Counted from the first letter of the stretch, positions 24,880 to 34,623 are shown. The stretch is DNA of 64,000 nucleotides from a virus (IMGVR_UViG_2862830631_000005:1-64000), one strand, 5' to 3'. Notes: generated by a model from the sequence alone, not told the origin. Numbers and translations are program-made.

Positions 24880-25118
24880 CAGGACTCCGTTGTGTGTCGA
24901 GCGATGGCGGCGTTGGCCCAGAACATCGCCTCTTCGAGCTTGGTTATTGCCAGAGACTTCTCACGGCCCGGTGGGACAATCCGGTCCAGTTCCAATGCGG
25001 TTATGTACAGCTCCGATCGCACACTTTCGTGGGCAACGCGCCTGTCTCGCGTCTCAGCAGCGTGAAACTTGAACCGGTGCTTGAGGTCGCTCGCCGTTGC
25101 TGGCGTTGTGTAACTCAT
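24879..25118 (-). CDS. Acb2/Tad1-like helical-hairpin protein (candidate signal sponge)
   Basis: GREKSLAITKLEEAMFWANAAIAR. Confidence 0.6.
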   Translation of the reverse strand: MSYTTPATASDLKHRFKFHAAETRDRRVAHESVRSELYITALELDRIVPPGREKSLAITKLEEAMFWANAAIARHTTES

Positions 25119-25129
25119 CCGCACCCCTC

Positions 25130-25876
25130 CTAGACGACTTCAGACGACTGGACCGACTTGGTGAACTGACCCCACTTGCCGCAGTCGTTGCAGTGGATCC
25201 TCTGGTAGAGGCGTGTGGCAGTCGGGCGGGTGCCCTTCAGGCGGTAGTTGCCGCTACCGCAGTTCGGGCACACCGGCATGCTTCCCTCGGGCTTGAAGAG
25301 ATTCAGGTTGATGCCCTTCACCCATGGGAGCATGAGGTGGTACAGCTCCTCGGTGAGCTCCACGTCGCGACGGTTGTACTTCTCCATCGCCTTGCGGGCC
25401 CGAGTGACCACTCCACGCTTCTCGGAGCGCAGGTCAGACCACATCCCGGGTGGAGTCTTGTCCTTGCCGTCCAAGCCGAGAGTGTCTGCGATGAACGCCA
25501 TCCGGTTGTAGAGGAACTGAAACTCGCGCTTCAGATTCACCATCAGGTCGATGTCGACATGACTCGCGGGTGGGAGGATCCCGTATTCGAGGAAGTGCGA
25601 CCTGAGGTGCTTGATGTCGAACTTCGCCGAGTTCCAGCCGATCACATAGTCGGCTTCATCGAGGACGGCGTGCGCCTTGCGGATCATTCCCTCATGGGTG
25701 TCATCCCATTCGGACGCGAAGTGAATGGCGTCGTCTCCCAGCCACTTCCACGCCAGGCAGATGGTCCTCGGTGGTTCGCGGAACTGCTCGGGCCTGATGA
25801 ACTTCGGGGAGAAGTCCCACACTTCAGCCAACCCGGCCTGGCGCTCAATGTCGAGCGTGACGATCCGTGCACTCAA
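25130..25876 (-). CDS. DnaQ/RNase H-like 3'-5' exonuclease with C-terminal zinc ribbon
   Basis: LDIE, GWNSAKFD, YNRRDV; CPNCG..CNDCG. Confidence 0.88.
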   Translation of the reverse strand: MSARIVTLDIERQAGLAEVWDFSPKFIRPEQFREPPRTICLAWKWLGDDAIHFASEWDDTHEGMIRKAHAVLDEADYVIGWNSAKFDIKHLRSHFLEYGILPPASHVDIDLMVNLKREFQFLYNRMAFIADTLGLDGKDKTPPGMWSDLRSEKRGVVTRARKAMEKYNRRDVELTEELYHLMLPWVKGINLNLFKPEGSMPVCPNCGSGNYRLKGTRPTATRLYQRIHCNDCGKWGQFTKSVQSSEVV

Positions 25877-25905
25877 TGCGGTCTCCTAATGTATTGGGAC
25901 ACAGT

Positions 25906-26343
25906 CTAGTTAGGCCGGATGAGTCCGTGAAACAGGTCCGGGAAGCGCCCTTCTTCTGGGCTCCCCTTCGAGCGAGCGGATGGCCGCGAGTCATACTCAG
26001 GCTTGTTGACCATGAACCACGCCAGAGCGAAGCAATGCCACGCAGCGGAGACAACATGCTTCGAACCGGTCTCCGGATCGATGTCCTCGCCGGCCCAGAA
26101 CGCGTTCAGGTGACGCTGCACGGCTGCATAGGAGTACTTCCAGTCGTACCCGCGCCGCCAGTTGTCATCCTCATACTTCTCGGCACCCCTGCCGTAGTGC
26201 TCGGCGAGCTCCCACAGTACGGTGGGCGGGATGAGGTCGAAACGTGCCAGCTTCGAACCCTTCTCGCCGCCCGACTCGCTGACGGTGCGAACCTCGCCAG
26301 GAACGGAAGTTGGTGGCGTAACAGGATGCTGCCCCTCAGTCAC
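25906..26343 (-). CDS. DUF5664 dATP/dGTP diphosphohydrolase-like
   Basis: RFDLIP..GAEKY..NWRRG..RHL..GEDIDPETG..H. Confidence 0.85.
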   Translation of the reverse strand: MTEGQHPVTPPTSVPGEVRTVSESGGEKGSKLARFDLIPPTVLWELAEHYGRGAEKYEDDNWRRGYDWKYSYAAVQRHLNAFWAGEDIDPETGSKHVVSAAWHCFALAWFMVNKPEYDSRPSARSKGSPEEGRFPDLFHGLIRPN

Positions 26344-26702
26344 GCAACCGTCTTCCACACCGTGACGGTCTCCGTGGCTGGGTACACCTCGTCGGTTGGG
26401 CCCTCGTAGTAGCCGCCGTCGAACGACGCATACCAGCCGTCGCGCCGAAAGTAGCGGGTCTCGCCCTTCTCGCCGAGAATCTTCACGACGGCCCAATACT
26501 GGTCCCCCTGGCCCTCGCCGCCGAACTGCTCCGAGAGCTCAGCAATTCCGATATCTGGGATGTCGACACACTTCTTGCCCCATTCCAGCTCCTCAAGGAA
26601 GTCGTCCCACCCATCACAGCAGCCGTACCGGTCGGGGATGTCATTGTCGTCCCACGAGCCCGACGCGATCGAGGCATCCAGATCTTCGACTGTGTAACTC
26701 AT
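26340..26702 (-). CDS. tandem paralog 4, unknown function
   Basis: SYTVEDL..FRRDGWYASFDG..GP..EV..TVW. Confidence 0.75.
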   Translation of the reverse strand: MSYTVEDLDASIASGSWDDNDIPDRYGCCDGWDDFLEELEWGKKCVDIPDIGIAELSEQFGGEGQGDQYWAVVKILGEKGETRYFRRDGWYASFDGGYYEGPTDEVYPATETVTVWKTVA

Positions 26703-27019
26703 AGCTTCTCCCAAACGGTGATGGTCTTCTGTACCGGCTTGACTTCCACGGTTGGCCCATCGAAGGACGAGCCGACGAACGAGGCATACCAGCCGTGGCG
26801 CTTGAAGATTCGCGTGCCGTCAGCGTTCTCGACGGAGAACACGAACCAGCGCTCCTCACCGGAACCCTCGCCGCCACCCTTCGATTCGAGTACCTTCGCA
26901 GTGCCGATCCCAGGTACCCCTACTCCGGTGGACATGTACTCGAACTCATGCCACGACCCACCCCATGGGGCTTCGTCGTTCTCGATGGCCTCATCGAGCT
27001 CCGCGATGGTGTAACTCAC
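26699..27019 (-). CDS. tandem paralog 3
   Basis: SYTIAEL..FKRHGWYASFVG..GP..EVKP..TVW. Confidence 0.75.
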   Translation of the reverse strand: MSYTIAELDEAIENDEAPWGGSWHEFEYMSTGVGVPGIGTAKVLESKGGGEGSGEERWFVFSVENADGTRIFKRHGWYASFVGSSFDGPTVEVKPVQKTITVWEKL

Positions 27020-27375
27020 ACTGCCTCCCAAATAGTTCGCTGGACCTTGGCCGGCTTGACTTCCTTCGGCCCCCCGTAAAACAGGCTGTAACCCGCGTAC
27101 GACGAGTAGTAGCCAGGCCACTTCCAGAACGTCCTGGAGCCGTCGAAACCTTCGACACGGAACACCAGGTATGTGTCACCCTCGTCCCAGTAGTCGCGGT
27201 TCTCTTCCTGCTCCTGCTCGAAGAACGCCCACCCGATACCGTCGATGCGGACGGACTCCTGTCCGAGAAGGGCCTCATAGAACGGGTGGCTGGCGCACCG
27301 ATCCCGGTCACTGTCAGGCTTCGGGAACTGTTCGAACACCGCCTCTTTCAGCGACTCCACGGTGTATGACTTCAT
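27016..27375 (-). CDS. tandem paralog 2
   Basis: SYTVESL..WKWPGYYSSYAG..GPKEVKP..TIW. Confidence 0.75.
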   Translation of the reverse strand: MKSYTVESLKEAVFEQFPKPDSDRDRCASHPFYEALLGQESVRIDGIGWAFFEQEQEENRDYWDEGDTYLVFRVEGFDGSRTFWKWPGYYSSYAGYSLFYGGPKEVKPAKVQRTIWEAV

Positions 27376-27695
27376 CAGATCGCCTCCCAGATGCGCGTCC
27401 TCATCTCAATTCCCCTGACCTCTTCGAGGTGCCCATGTCCGACCCCGCCGAACGAGTGACTCTTGGAGGTGACCTTGAAGAACCGCTCTTCCGAGTAGTC
27501 CCGGATACTGAACACAAACCACGACTGGTCGAAGTCCTGGTCAGCTTCGATCAGGACTGCGTCACCTACGCCGGGGATCCAGACACCACGGCCTCCCGCC
27601 TCCTCTAGGCGGTAAAAGAAAGCATCCCAGCCGTGGTCGCCAGTCCAGCGCAGCGTCACGAACTTCTCGATGATGCTCAGTGGGTAGGGGTTCAC
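27375..27695 (-). CDS. tandem paralog 1
   Basis: IPGVGDA..WFVFSI..FFKV..SFGG..EEV..IWEAI. Confidence 0.65.
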   Translation of the reverse strand: MNPYPLSIIEKFVTLRWTGDHGWDAFFYRLEEAGGRGVWIPGVGDAVLIEADQDFDQSWFVFSIRDYSEERFFKVTSKSHSFGGVGHGHLEEVRGIEMRTRIWEAI

Positions 27696-28483
27696 AGCTC
27701 CTCCAGGTAACTCTTGTGCAGTTGGTGGTGGCGCACGTAGTCCATGTCCGGTTTCACGAACTCGCCGAAGTTCGAGACGATGAACTTCGCGCTCTCGCCC
27801 TTCGTCAGTGACGTGATAGTTCGACGCAACGCCCACTGATATGCGGCGCCAGGGGAGTGCTGGTAGTTGCGCGGGATGATGATCCGCTCAAGGGCCGTCA
27901 CGTAGATCTCCTCACGGAACAGGCGCACCTGCTGGTCGTGAGGGAGGGCCCACACCTTGCCCATATCCATCTGGACGGTCTTCCCGTCCTTCAGGCAGTC
28001 GTCGTAGATCGGCTTTCCTGGGGTGTAGGCGACCGACCGGTGAATCGAGTCGTGGTCGTAGATGCGCGTCACAGCGTCCGCGAAGAACTCGTCAGCCTCC
28101 ATGGTCAGGTCGACGCGCTTCTTGCCGTGGCGGTCCTCCCAGATGGCGTACAGGGTGTCGTGCCAGTCGGGCAGAAGCTTGGCGCCACCCTTCTGTAGGG
28201 TGAGGAGGTCGGCCATGTGCTTCTGCCATGAGCCGTTCCTAAGCTCCCAGTAGGCGTGAGAGTGTTTGATCGTGTACAGCTCATCCGGTGTGGCGAGACG
28301 CTGCTCCCCGCGACCCATGACGTTGTACAGCCTGTCGTCCCAGAACAGGTCGCCGGGAAGCTCACCAGTGAAAGCTGTGATGACTTGCGGGTCTTCATTG
28401 GTGAAGGCATCGAAGTCCTTCGGGTCGCGCCAGTTCGGGAACCACGAGCGGGCCGCTGTCGATCCAATGACTAGCGTGGTCAC
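27692..28483 (-). CDS. nucleotidyltransferase-fold protein
   Basis: VIGS..DFD pol-beta-type motif. Confidence 0.6.
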   Translation of the reverse strand: MTTLVIGSTAARSWFPNWRDPKDFDAFTNEDPQVITAFTGELPGDLFWDDRLYNVMGRGEQRLATPDELYTIKHSHAYWELRNGSWQKHMADLLTLQKGGAKLLPDWHDTLYAIWEDRHGKKRVDLTMEADEFFADAVTRIYDHDSIHRSVAYTPGKPIYDDCLKDGKTVQMDMGKVWALPHDQQVRLFREEIYVTALERIIIPRNYQHSPGAAYQWALRRTITSLTKGESAKFIVSNFGEFVKPDMDYVRHHQLHKSYLEEL

Positions 28484-28752
28484 TGGTGCTTCTTCCGGAG
28501 GCGTGCGACGCGGCGACGAATCCGAGACCGGCGGATCTGGGGGACTCCGCGCATCACTCCGCGGATCTGCTCGCGGTTGGGTACGCGCTCCCAACGTTCC
28601 GGGGCGTCCTCGTCATTCTCGGGAACCATCTGCGCGTGAGCGTGGTCGTCGTGGCCGGCGTAGCCACTTGTCTCGTCAAACTCATCGAGTGCGGCCTGGT
28701 CGTTGATCTCGTTGTAGCGCTGTTCGTCGTAGTAGGGGTTCACAGCGTTCAC
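28480..28752 (-). CDS. hypothetical protein
   Basis: Coupled ORF. Confidence 0.5.
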   Translation of the reverse strand: MNAVNPYYDEQRYNEINDQAALDEFDETSGYAGHDDHAHAQMVPENDEDAPERWERVPNREQIRGVMRGVPQIRRSRIRRRVARLRKKHQ

Positions 28753-28970
28753 AGCGTGCCTCCGATGAGCATCCATGCTTCCTTCAGCATGTGGAAGACA
28801 CGCGGAGCGATGCGATCAGTCAGTTCGCTCCACTCTTCGTCTGTGTACTCGTTGGCCTGGTCTGGTGGTAGTACGTAGGTCCCCAGTATGTCTGCGATAT
28901 CGTCTACGTCGCAGACAGTTTCCTGGAGATGCCAGAAGACGCACTCCTTGACCATTTCATCCTCGGTCAC
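28749..28970 (-). CDS. hypothetical protein
   Basis: Coupled ORF. Confidence 0.55.
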   Translation of the reverse strand: MTEDEMVKECVFWHLQETVCDVDDIADILGTYVLPPDQANEYTDEEWSELTDRIAPRVFHMLKEAWMLIGGTL

Positions 28971-29431
28971 TGCTCACCACATCCGTTCCGCTTGTCGAAT
29001 CGCTTCCAGTGGATCCATCCCTGTGGGCAGTGGAATCCCCACGAGCGGATCTTCGGGCCGGTGAAAATCAATGTCCAGGCCGGCTTGTCGCGGCGCACGA
29101 AGCCGTCGACCCAGGTCTTCCAGACGCCCGGAACCTTGGCCTCCACTATCTTGGTGTCCAACTCAACGCGGTGCGCGGTATCAGCTCTGCGGATTGCGAA
29201 CGACCCGGGCCGCCGCCACCTCATCCAGCCGTCCTCACGGTGCTCCCAGTACCCACCCCTGAGGACTAGTGACGCGAACCACCACGGGTGGTCATGTAGA
29301 GCTCTGTCTTCATCGGATGACAGGAAGTGATGAAGGTAGATGTTGAAGAACTTGTTCCGTGGAATGATGTGCCAGCGGCGAAGGTAAGCGCCCCCACTGC
29401 TATTCATCAGGACGACATTCGGAGCCTTCAC
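28967..29431 (-). CDS. cupin-like protein
   Basis: LHDHPW..GGYWE..AHRV. Confidence 0.7.
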   Translation of the reverse strand: MKAPNVVLMNSSGGAYLRRWHIIPRNKFFNIYLHHFLSSDEDRALHDHPWWFASLVLRGGYWEHREDGWMRWRRPGSFAIRRADTAHRVELDTKIVEAKVPGVWKTWVDGFVRRDKPAWTLIFTGPKIRSWGFHCPQGWIHWKRFDKRNGCGEQ

Positions 29432-29610
29432 AGTCCCCTCACCTTCTTCTCAACTTCCCAGGCGATGTCGAGTGCGTGGTCGAGGACCAACACTGCGGTG
29501 GAGAAGACGGCAGCTGTGGGTGCCCACTGCAGCACTGGCTTGCAGAGCTGAACACCGTGAAACCTCTCGATCGGAGGCATGATGATGTCCGCCACTTTGT
29601 CCGTAATCAC
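29428..29610 (-). CDS. hypothetical protein
   Basis: Coupled ORF. Confidence 0.45.
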   Translation of the reverse strand: MITDKVADIIMPPIERFHGVQLCKPVLQWAPTAAVFSTAVLVLDHALDIAWEVEKKVRGL

Positions 29611-29843
29611 TTGATCGCCTGCATGATTCGTCGGGCGATCCACGGAATGGAGATGACCTGCGTCGGCATGCCGCCGCGTTCGCATTCCTCGTTTTGCTTG
29701 GACCAGTGGGTAACGATCGTCTCTACGTCGCGGAGCTTGGCCTCAGCCTTGTCTGCGCGCGCAGTCTCAAGGCTCACCTTCTGAGTGAGGTACCTGACTT
29801 GACCATCGAGAGACACGTAACCGCCCCAGTAGAACTCATCCAT
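29607..29843 (-). CDS. hypothetical protein
   Basis: ORF just downstream of motif-linked promoter. Confidence 0.55.
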   Translation of the reverse strand: MDEFYWGGYVSLDGQVRYLTQKVSLETARADKAEAKLRDVETIVTHWSKQNEECERGGMPTQVISIPWIARRIMQAIK

Positions 29844-29852
29844 CGGAAAGTG

Positions 29853-29885
29853 AGTCTACGGAGCGGTTTTGAGTGTGAAACAGGT
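29853..29885 (-). promoter_or_regulatory. ACCTGTTTCAC-N16-TAGACT promoter
   Basis: Repeated 11-mer plus -10, 9 nt before ATG. Confidence 0.6.
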
Positions 29886-30011
29886 GAAAAAGTAGAACCC
29901 CCCTCGGCGGCGCGTGGACGGCGTCAAGAACATCGAGGGGGGTGCCACCCCGGAGCTAACTCAACAGGGGGCCATCTCTAGTATACCAGGACACTAAGAT
30001 GGCCTAACTAG

Positions 30012-30623
30012 TTAGACTCCGAGAGTTGAAAACAGTTCGCGCAGAACGACATTGAACCACGTCGCCTTGCGGTCCATCTGTGGGGCAAGCTCATCCGCCT
30101 TCAACGACGGATTACGCAGCACAAGGTTGACAACCTTCATGCACTCGCCGTGGTCGTGGGAGCCCAAGTAGCTCCCCAGGTCGAGTTCAAACCCCGGCTT
30201 CGACATCAGCAGGTCGCGGGCCTCGCGGGCACGACGCAGACGGTCCTGGTACTTCTTGTTGATCGCAGGGTTCGGGTGGAGCTGGCTAGTGTCCTCAATC
30301 CCGCTGGACGACACAAAACCCTTGATCTGCAACCACACCGGTCGCTGGGCCAGACGTTCCGCCTCGGTCATTCCGCCCCACACGCCGTACTGCTCATCGT
30401 TCGACAGGGCGAACTCGGCGCAGTCCTGCTTCACCGGACAGATCTCACAGATCTGCTTCGCCTCGGCCTCGGAGCGAGACACCATGACATCAGCGAGCGT
30501 CGGGTCAATCCCCTCCTCGAGGAGGTCGTCCCGGGAATCGAAGTGCGTGTCTTCGGGCTCACACAACCCGCGTGAACGCCAATCCATGTCCTGTGCGTTG
30601 ATTCCAAGCGTGGCAGTCACCAC
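30012..30623 (-). CDS. WhiB-family regulator with C-terminal extension
   Basis: WRSRGLC..AKQICEICPVKQDC..YGVWGG. Confidence 0.9.
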   Translation of the reverse strand: MVTATLGINAQDMDWRSRGLCEPEDTHFDSRDDLLEEGIDPTLADVMVSRSEAEAKQICEICPVKQDCAEFALSNDEQYGVWGGMTEAERLAQRPVWLQIKGFVSSSGIEDTSQLHPNPAINKKYQDRLRRAREARDLLMSKPGFELDLGSYLGSHDHGECMKVVNLVLRNPSLKADELAPQMDRKATWFNVVLRELFSTLGV

Positions 30624-30639
30624 AATCTCCTTGCTCCCT

Positions 30640-31014
30640 TTAGGTGACCGGAGTGACCGGCACCTTCTTAATCAATGCAACCAACTCGGCAACCGTCATC
30701 GACACCCACTGCTTCATGGGGTCTGTGGTTCCCTTGCGCTTGTGGATGAAAATCCCCGCCAGCGCCCCGGCGTTCACGGCCTGCTTCTTCGCGTCTCCTG
30801 TTCCATCCGGCAGGTCCAATCGGGCAACATCCTTAGTCTGAATAACTAAATCGTGGCCGTCGATTCGGACGTTGACGATGTCGCCCTTATCCTTCGCCCC
30901 CCAGCGTGGCGCGCGCTGAATGTTTGGATCCCCCAGCGCTTCGCGCAGCCCCTTGGCAATCAAGGATTCGAACGCCGAGCCCGCCTGACGTGCGGACTTT
31001 GGCTTCCGAGCCAT
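30640..31014 (-). CDS. Holliday-junction resolvase-like PD-(D/E)XK nuclease
   Basis: GSAFE..DKGDI..IQTK. Confidence 0.75.
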   Translation of the reverse strand: MARKPKSARQAGSAFESLIAKGLREALGDPNIQRAPRWGAKDKGDIVNVRIDGHDLVIQTKDVARLDLPDGTGDAKKQAVNAGALAGIFIHKRKGTTDPMKQWVSMTVAELVALIKKVPVTPVT

Positions 31015-31156
31015 AGTTCCAGCTACCTTCCGATACAGGCGTACCGTGCTGTCTACGTAGCCTCTGGCCTGACGCTGTCAACATCACGGAGGTTACGTTA
31101 GCAGTGGGGTACGACAAACTTACGTAGGGGTTAGCGCGAGTCATATAACGGTTATG

Positions 31157-31519
31157 TCACAGGATGAGATCCGGCCGGCAAGCCTCCTCGAATGGCAGCG
31201 AGTCGATGAGATCCTGCCGCACCTGACTAACCTCACGCTCACGATCAGCGCGACGGCCCTTGGCCGCGGGCGTAGGCAGCCAGACACCAGCCACCCACAC
31301 CGAATGCTCCTTGTTGTCGACACAGTTCGCCTTGATGCACTCCGGGCGAACAGGGCACATGCCGCAGACCCTGTCAATGACCTCGCGATCAGCTACCGGC
31401 TTCGGCACCTCATCTGGCCAGCGTATTTCGTCATCACGCGTGGGCGGGAGCGTATGGTCAACAGAACCGTCACATGACGCATGTTGCACATACTCATCCC
31501 TCGTGCGCCACATCTTCAT
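31157..31519 (-). CDS. divergent WhiB-like protein
   Basis: ASC..VCGMCPVRPEC..VWVAG. Confidence 0.65.
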   Translation of the reverse strand: MKMWRTRDEYVQHASCDGSVDHTLPPTRDDEIRWPDEVPKPVADREVIDRVCGMCPVRPECIKANCVDNKEHSVWVAGVWLPTPAAKGRRADREREVSQVRQDLIDSLPFEEACRPDLIL

Positions 31520-32817
31520 GCGCCCACCGCGTAAAACCCGGGATCGAATCGAGCCTGGTCGAACCGCTCAATCAACCTCAACGTTCCCTCGGTACCAGTA
31601 CGGTTCTTAACCACCGTCAGGTTCATCATCGGGATCTTCGACTCCTCGCCGTTCTCGTCGGCCGGCCGCGACAGGACCCACGCAACGTCGGCCGTCTGCT
31701 CAAGTCCGCCAGACTCACGAAAGTCTGACTTCACCGGTAGTCGCGGCTTACCGCGGGGATCCTCCAGATTCCGGTTGAGCTGGGCCGCCATCACCACCAC
31801 ACAGTCCAGCTTGCGGGCGATATTGCGGGCCGCCTGTGCAATATGCGCGACCTGCTGCTCGCGGTTGTCGCCCTTCGACATCTGCAAGTACTGGGCGTAG
31901 TCGATGAACACGCAGTCAAGGCCCTTGCGCTGCTTATGAATCCGACACGCCTGTGCGATCTCCTCGATCGTGTAATCCGGGGTGTCGTCCACCTCGAAAC
32001 TCATCCCAGCCGACGCACCAACCCACTGGGAGATCTTCTGCATTGTGTCCGGGGACATCTTGCGCGAAGTGAGCTCACGGTAGGGGACATGAGCACCGCA
32101 GGCCAGCACGCGGCCCATGAGATCTTCCTTGGACAGCTCAAGGGAGAAGACAAGCGTATTCTGGTGCATGAGAGCGCAATACAACCCGATCTGGGCGCCC
32201 ATGATTGTCTTTCCGCAACCCGGGCGAGCACCAATCAGGTAGAGACGCTGGCGCTGCAGGCCACCGTTCAGCTTCTGGTTGAGATGCGGCCATGGCGTCT
32301 CCAAAGACGGGCGGTCATCATCCTGGTGTTCAGTCCAGTTGACGAACAGGTCATGGAACGACATCGAAGTCGCTTCCTGCTCTTCATCAACGTCATCGAG
32401 GAACGTGCGGATATCTTCCAGCGCGGCGGGGACCTCATCCGCGTCCGACGTGATCGCCAGCATGCGGCGTCCAAGATCCTGGGCCTTACGGAGCTTCCAC
32501 TGATCCTTAATGATGTCCGCGTAGTACGAAACCCCAGCAGATACCGGGGCCTCTTCCATGCACTGATGCAGGTACGGTGCGCCACCAGCCCGTCGAAGCT
32601 CATTGTTCTTCCGCAGCTTCGCGAAAACGGTAGCGGCGTCGATATCTTCGCCGTCCAGGTACATGACCTGGATCGTCTCGAAGAGCAGCTGATTCGCGGG
32701 AAGGTAGAAGTGCTTCCCCTGGATACCCTTTAGGTCGCCGAAGACTCCGGAATTGTGGAGGATTGCACCGATGACACCGCGTTCTGCTCGGGGGTCGTGG
32801 GCTGGCTGGTCTGACAC
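31516..32817 (-). CDS. dnaB: DnaB-like replicative helicase
   Basis: GARPGCGKT, FSLE, IDY, QLNR, RESGGLEQTAD, KNR. Confidence 0.96.
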   Translation of the reverse strand: MSDQPAHDPRAERGVIGAILHNSGVFGDLKGIQGKHFYLPANQLLFETIQVMYLDGEDIDAATVFAKLRKNNELRRAGGAPYLHQCMEEAPVSAGVSYYADIIKDQWKLRKAQDLGRRMLAITSDADEVPAALEDIRTFLDDVDEEQEATSMSFHDLFVNWTEHQDDDRPSLETPWPHLNQKLNGGLQRQRLYLIGARPGCGKTIMGAQIGLYCALMHQNTLVFSLELSKEDLMGRVLACGAHVPYRELTSRKMSPDTMQKISQWVGASAGMSFEVDDTPDYTIEEIAQACRIHKQRKGLDCVFIDYAQYLQMSKGDNREQQVAHIAQAARNIARKLDCVVVMAAQLNRNLEDPRGKPRLPVKSDFRESGGLEQTADVAWVLSRPADENGEESKIPMMNLTVVKNRTGTEGTLRLIERFDQARFDPGFYAVGA

Positions 32818-33305
32818 TCCGGGAACTTGCTCCTAACAACCTCGGTGATCCACAGGCGCGCCTGCTCCTTGAACCAGATCGACAGCGCCTCCTCGACGGT
32901 CACACCGGGCGTGAAGTTCTCGAAGATCTCATCAGGCGGATACACCTTCGGCATCGAGATCTGGAAACGATCTTCGACTGCCTTCACATTCGCGGTAGAC
33001 CACTGCTGGCGCAACCACTTCAGCTGCGCCTCTGACTCGTCGGCGAACAGATCGGTGTCGTCGTAACGCCCCTGCTGAAGCCAACGATGTGGTGCTGGGA
33101 CGTAGGTGAGATCTTCCCCGACCTCAGTCGAGTAACGCTTGGCCGCCTTGACGATGTGATGCAGGTCCGCGCCCTGTTCGGCGAGCTGCGAGAACACACG
33201 CTCAGCTTCAGTCGGCGCGACATGCTTCGGGTACGCCGCCCAGAACGCGTCGAAAGCCTTGCGATGCTTCCTACGTGCCTGGGCCGGCGTCAGCCTCTCG
33301 ATCAC
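32730..33305 (-). CDS. replication initiator/helicase loader-like protein
   Basis: FDAFWAAYPK..P..WL..GRY motif; directly upstream of DnaB. Confidence 0.6.
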   Translation of the reverse strand: MIERLTPAQARRKHRKAFDAFWAAYPKHVAPTEAERVFSQLAEQGADLHHIVKAAKRYSTEVGEDLTYVPAPHRWLQQGRYDDTDLFADESEAQLKWLRQQWSTANVKAVEDRFQISMPKVYPPDEIFENFTPGVTVEEALSIWFKEQARLWITEVVRSKFPECQTSQPTTPEQNAVSSVQSSTIPESSAT

Positions 33306-33721
33306 CAGTCAGGGGTGTCGTTCGATCCCCACGGATCCGCGGCCTGAGTGGACCCGGAAGACTGGCCACGGTCGATGCGGGCCGTTGCGAAGCGCAGGCT
33401 CGGGCCGATCTCGTACAGCTCGACCTCAAGCACGGTGCGGTTCTGACCGTCCTTCTCGTAGCTGCGCTGCTTCAGGACTCCGGTGCCGATGACCTTCGAC
33501 CCCTTCGTGAGTGTCTCCGCGACATGCTCAGCGTAGTCACCCCAGATGCTGCACCGCAGGAACGTGGCGTCGCCGTCCTCCCACTGGCCGGTCTGCTGAT
33601 TCTTGCGGCGAGAGTTGTTGGCGATGTTCATCGAAGCGACCGCCTTGCCGCCCTGCGTGAACCGCAACTCAGGGTCAGCGGTCAGCGTCCCATCCTTGAT
33701 CGTTACCTCAGGCAGGCTCAA
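33302..33721 (-). CDS. ssb: single-stranded DNA-binding protein
   Basis: GTLTADPELRFT..acidic/aromatic C-terminal tail. Confidence 0.95.
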   Translation of the reverse strand: MSLPEVTIKDGTLTADPELRFTQGGKAVASMNIANNSRRKNQQTGQWEDGDATFLRCSIWGDYAEHVAETLTKGSKVIGTGVLKQRSYEKDGQNRTVLEVELYEIGPSLRFATARIDRGQSSGSTQAADPWGSNDTPDW

Positions 33722-34095
33722 TGTTCATCCCCTTCGACGTGCCAGTCTTCAAGCTCGTAGTTCGCTAGTCGTTGGTCAGTGTAGGAGGGCTCATCTGGCG
33801 TGAAACAGGTAGAAAAACGCCGGTACAACAGCACCGGGACAGTCGCGGGATCCTCCCACGACTTCAGCGCGAATCCCTCTTCGCGGGCGAGCCTGGGGTG
33901 CGACTCAATCCACCCATGACAGCCCGTCGTACCTGATCCACAGACGGCCGTGATGTTTGTGAGCGACCAAGGTCCGCCATGGCTGCGCTTAACACGGTGG
34001 TGCATAGTAGTAGGGCCGTATCGACCGCAGCGTTCACAACGGCCACCTGATCGCTGCGCGACAAGCCGTCGAGCTTCCCGCTCATCCCTTCTCAC
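33718..34095 (-). CDS. HNH endonuclease
   Basis: CERCG..HHR..N..CGSGTTGCH. Confidence 0.85.
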   Translation of the reverse strand: MRRDEREARRLVAQRSGGRCERCGRYGPTTMHHRVKRSHGGPWSLTNITAVCGSGTTGCHGWIESHPRLAREEGFALKSWEDPATVPVLLYRRFSTCFTPDEPSYTDQRLANYELEDWHVEGDEH

Positions 34096-34264
34096 GCCGC
34101 CTGCTGTTCAGTTCCTCGCAGTGGTGTGCTCGCATGCGCTTGAGGACAGTTCCAAACTTCTCCGTCCGACCGGAGAACACCAGCTGCCCATTCTTGTCGT
34201 ACACAGGAGCCCCGTCAGGAAGTCGCGCCGGCATCGCTGGCGCGTGGAAGTGTGACGGCCTCAT
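34082..34264 (-). CDS. hypothetical protein
   Basis: Coupled ORF. Confidence 0.5.
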   Translation of the reverse strand: MRPSHFHAPAMPARLPDGAPVYDKNGQLVFSGRTEKFGTVLKRMRAHHCEELNSRRREKG

Positions 34265-34623
34265 CGACCCACCGACCTGTACTCGATGTCGAAATCGTGG
34301 TCACCCTCCAGGTGTGAGTAGGGGAACCAGCGCCGCGGGAACTCCCAACCGTGCGCCTCGAACCACTCCTGATCCCATTCGGGTGTCGCAGTGGCCCAGG
34401 CATACTCACCGTCGGGCATCATCGCCACGGATGTCCGGACGTTGACCTCCTCGCCGAACTCGCGCATGTAGTCGCCCATGTAGTCGCAGTACCACGCCCC
34501 AGGCTTCAGGTCGATCTCGACCAGGCCGTCATGATCCCTGTCAAGCACCCAGCGGCGCAGAAAATTGTGTGCAAAGAACGCTGCTACCGCGCCGAGCACG
34601 GTGGCAATGAGCTTCTTCACCAT
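34261..34623 (-). CDS. hypothetical protein with N-terminal hydrophobic segment
   Basis: ORF with RBS. Confidence 0.6.
   Translation of the reverse strand: MVKKLIATVLGAVAAFFAHNFLRRWVLDRDHDGLVEIDLKPGAWYCDYMGDYMREFGEEVNVRTSVAMMPDGEYAWATATPEWDQEWFEAHGWEFPRRWFPYSHLEGDHDFDIEYRSVGR

Noticed and set aside
31843-32733. Long antisense ORFs opposite dnaB and other genes
   Set aside because: Typical high-GC shadow frames of well-supported minus-strand genes.
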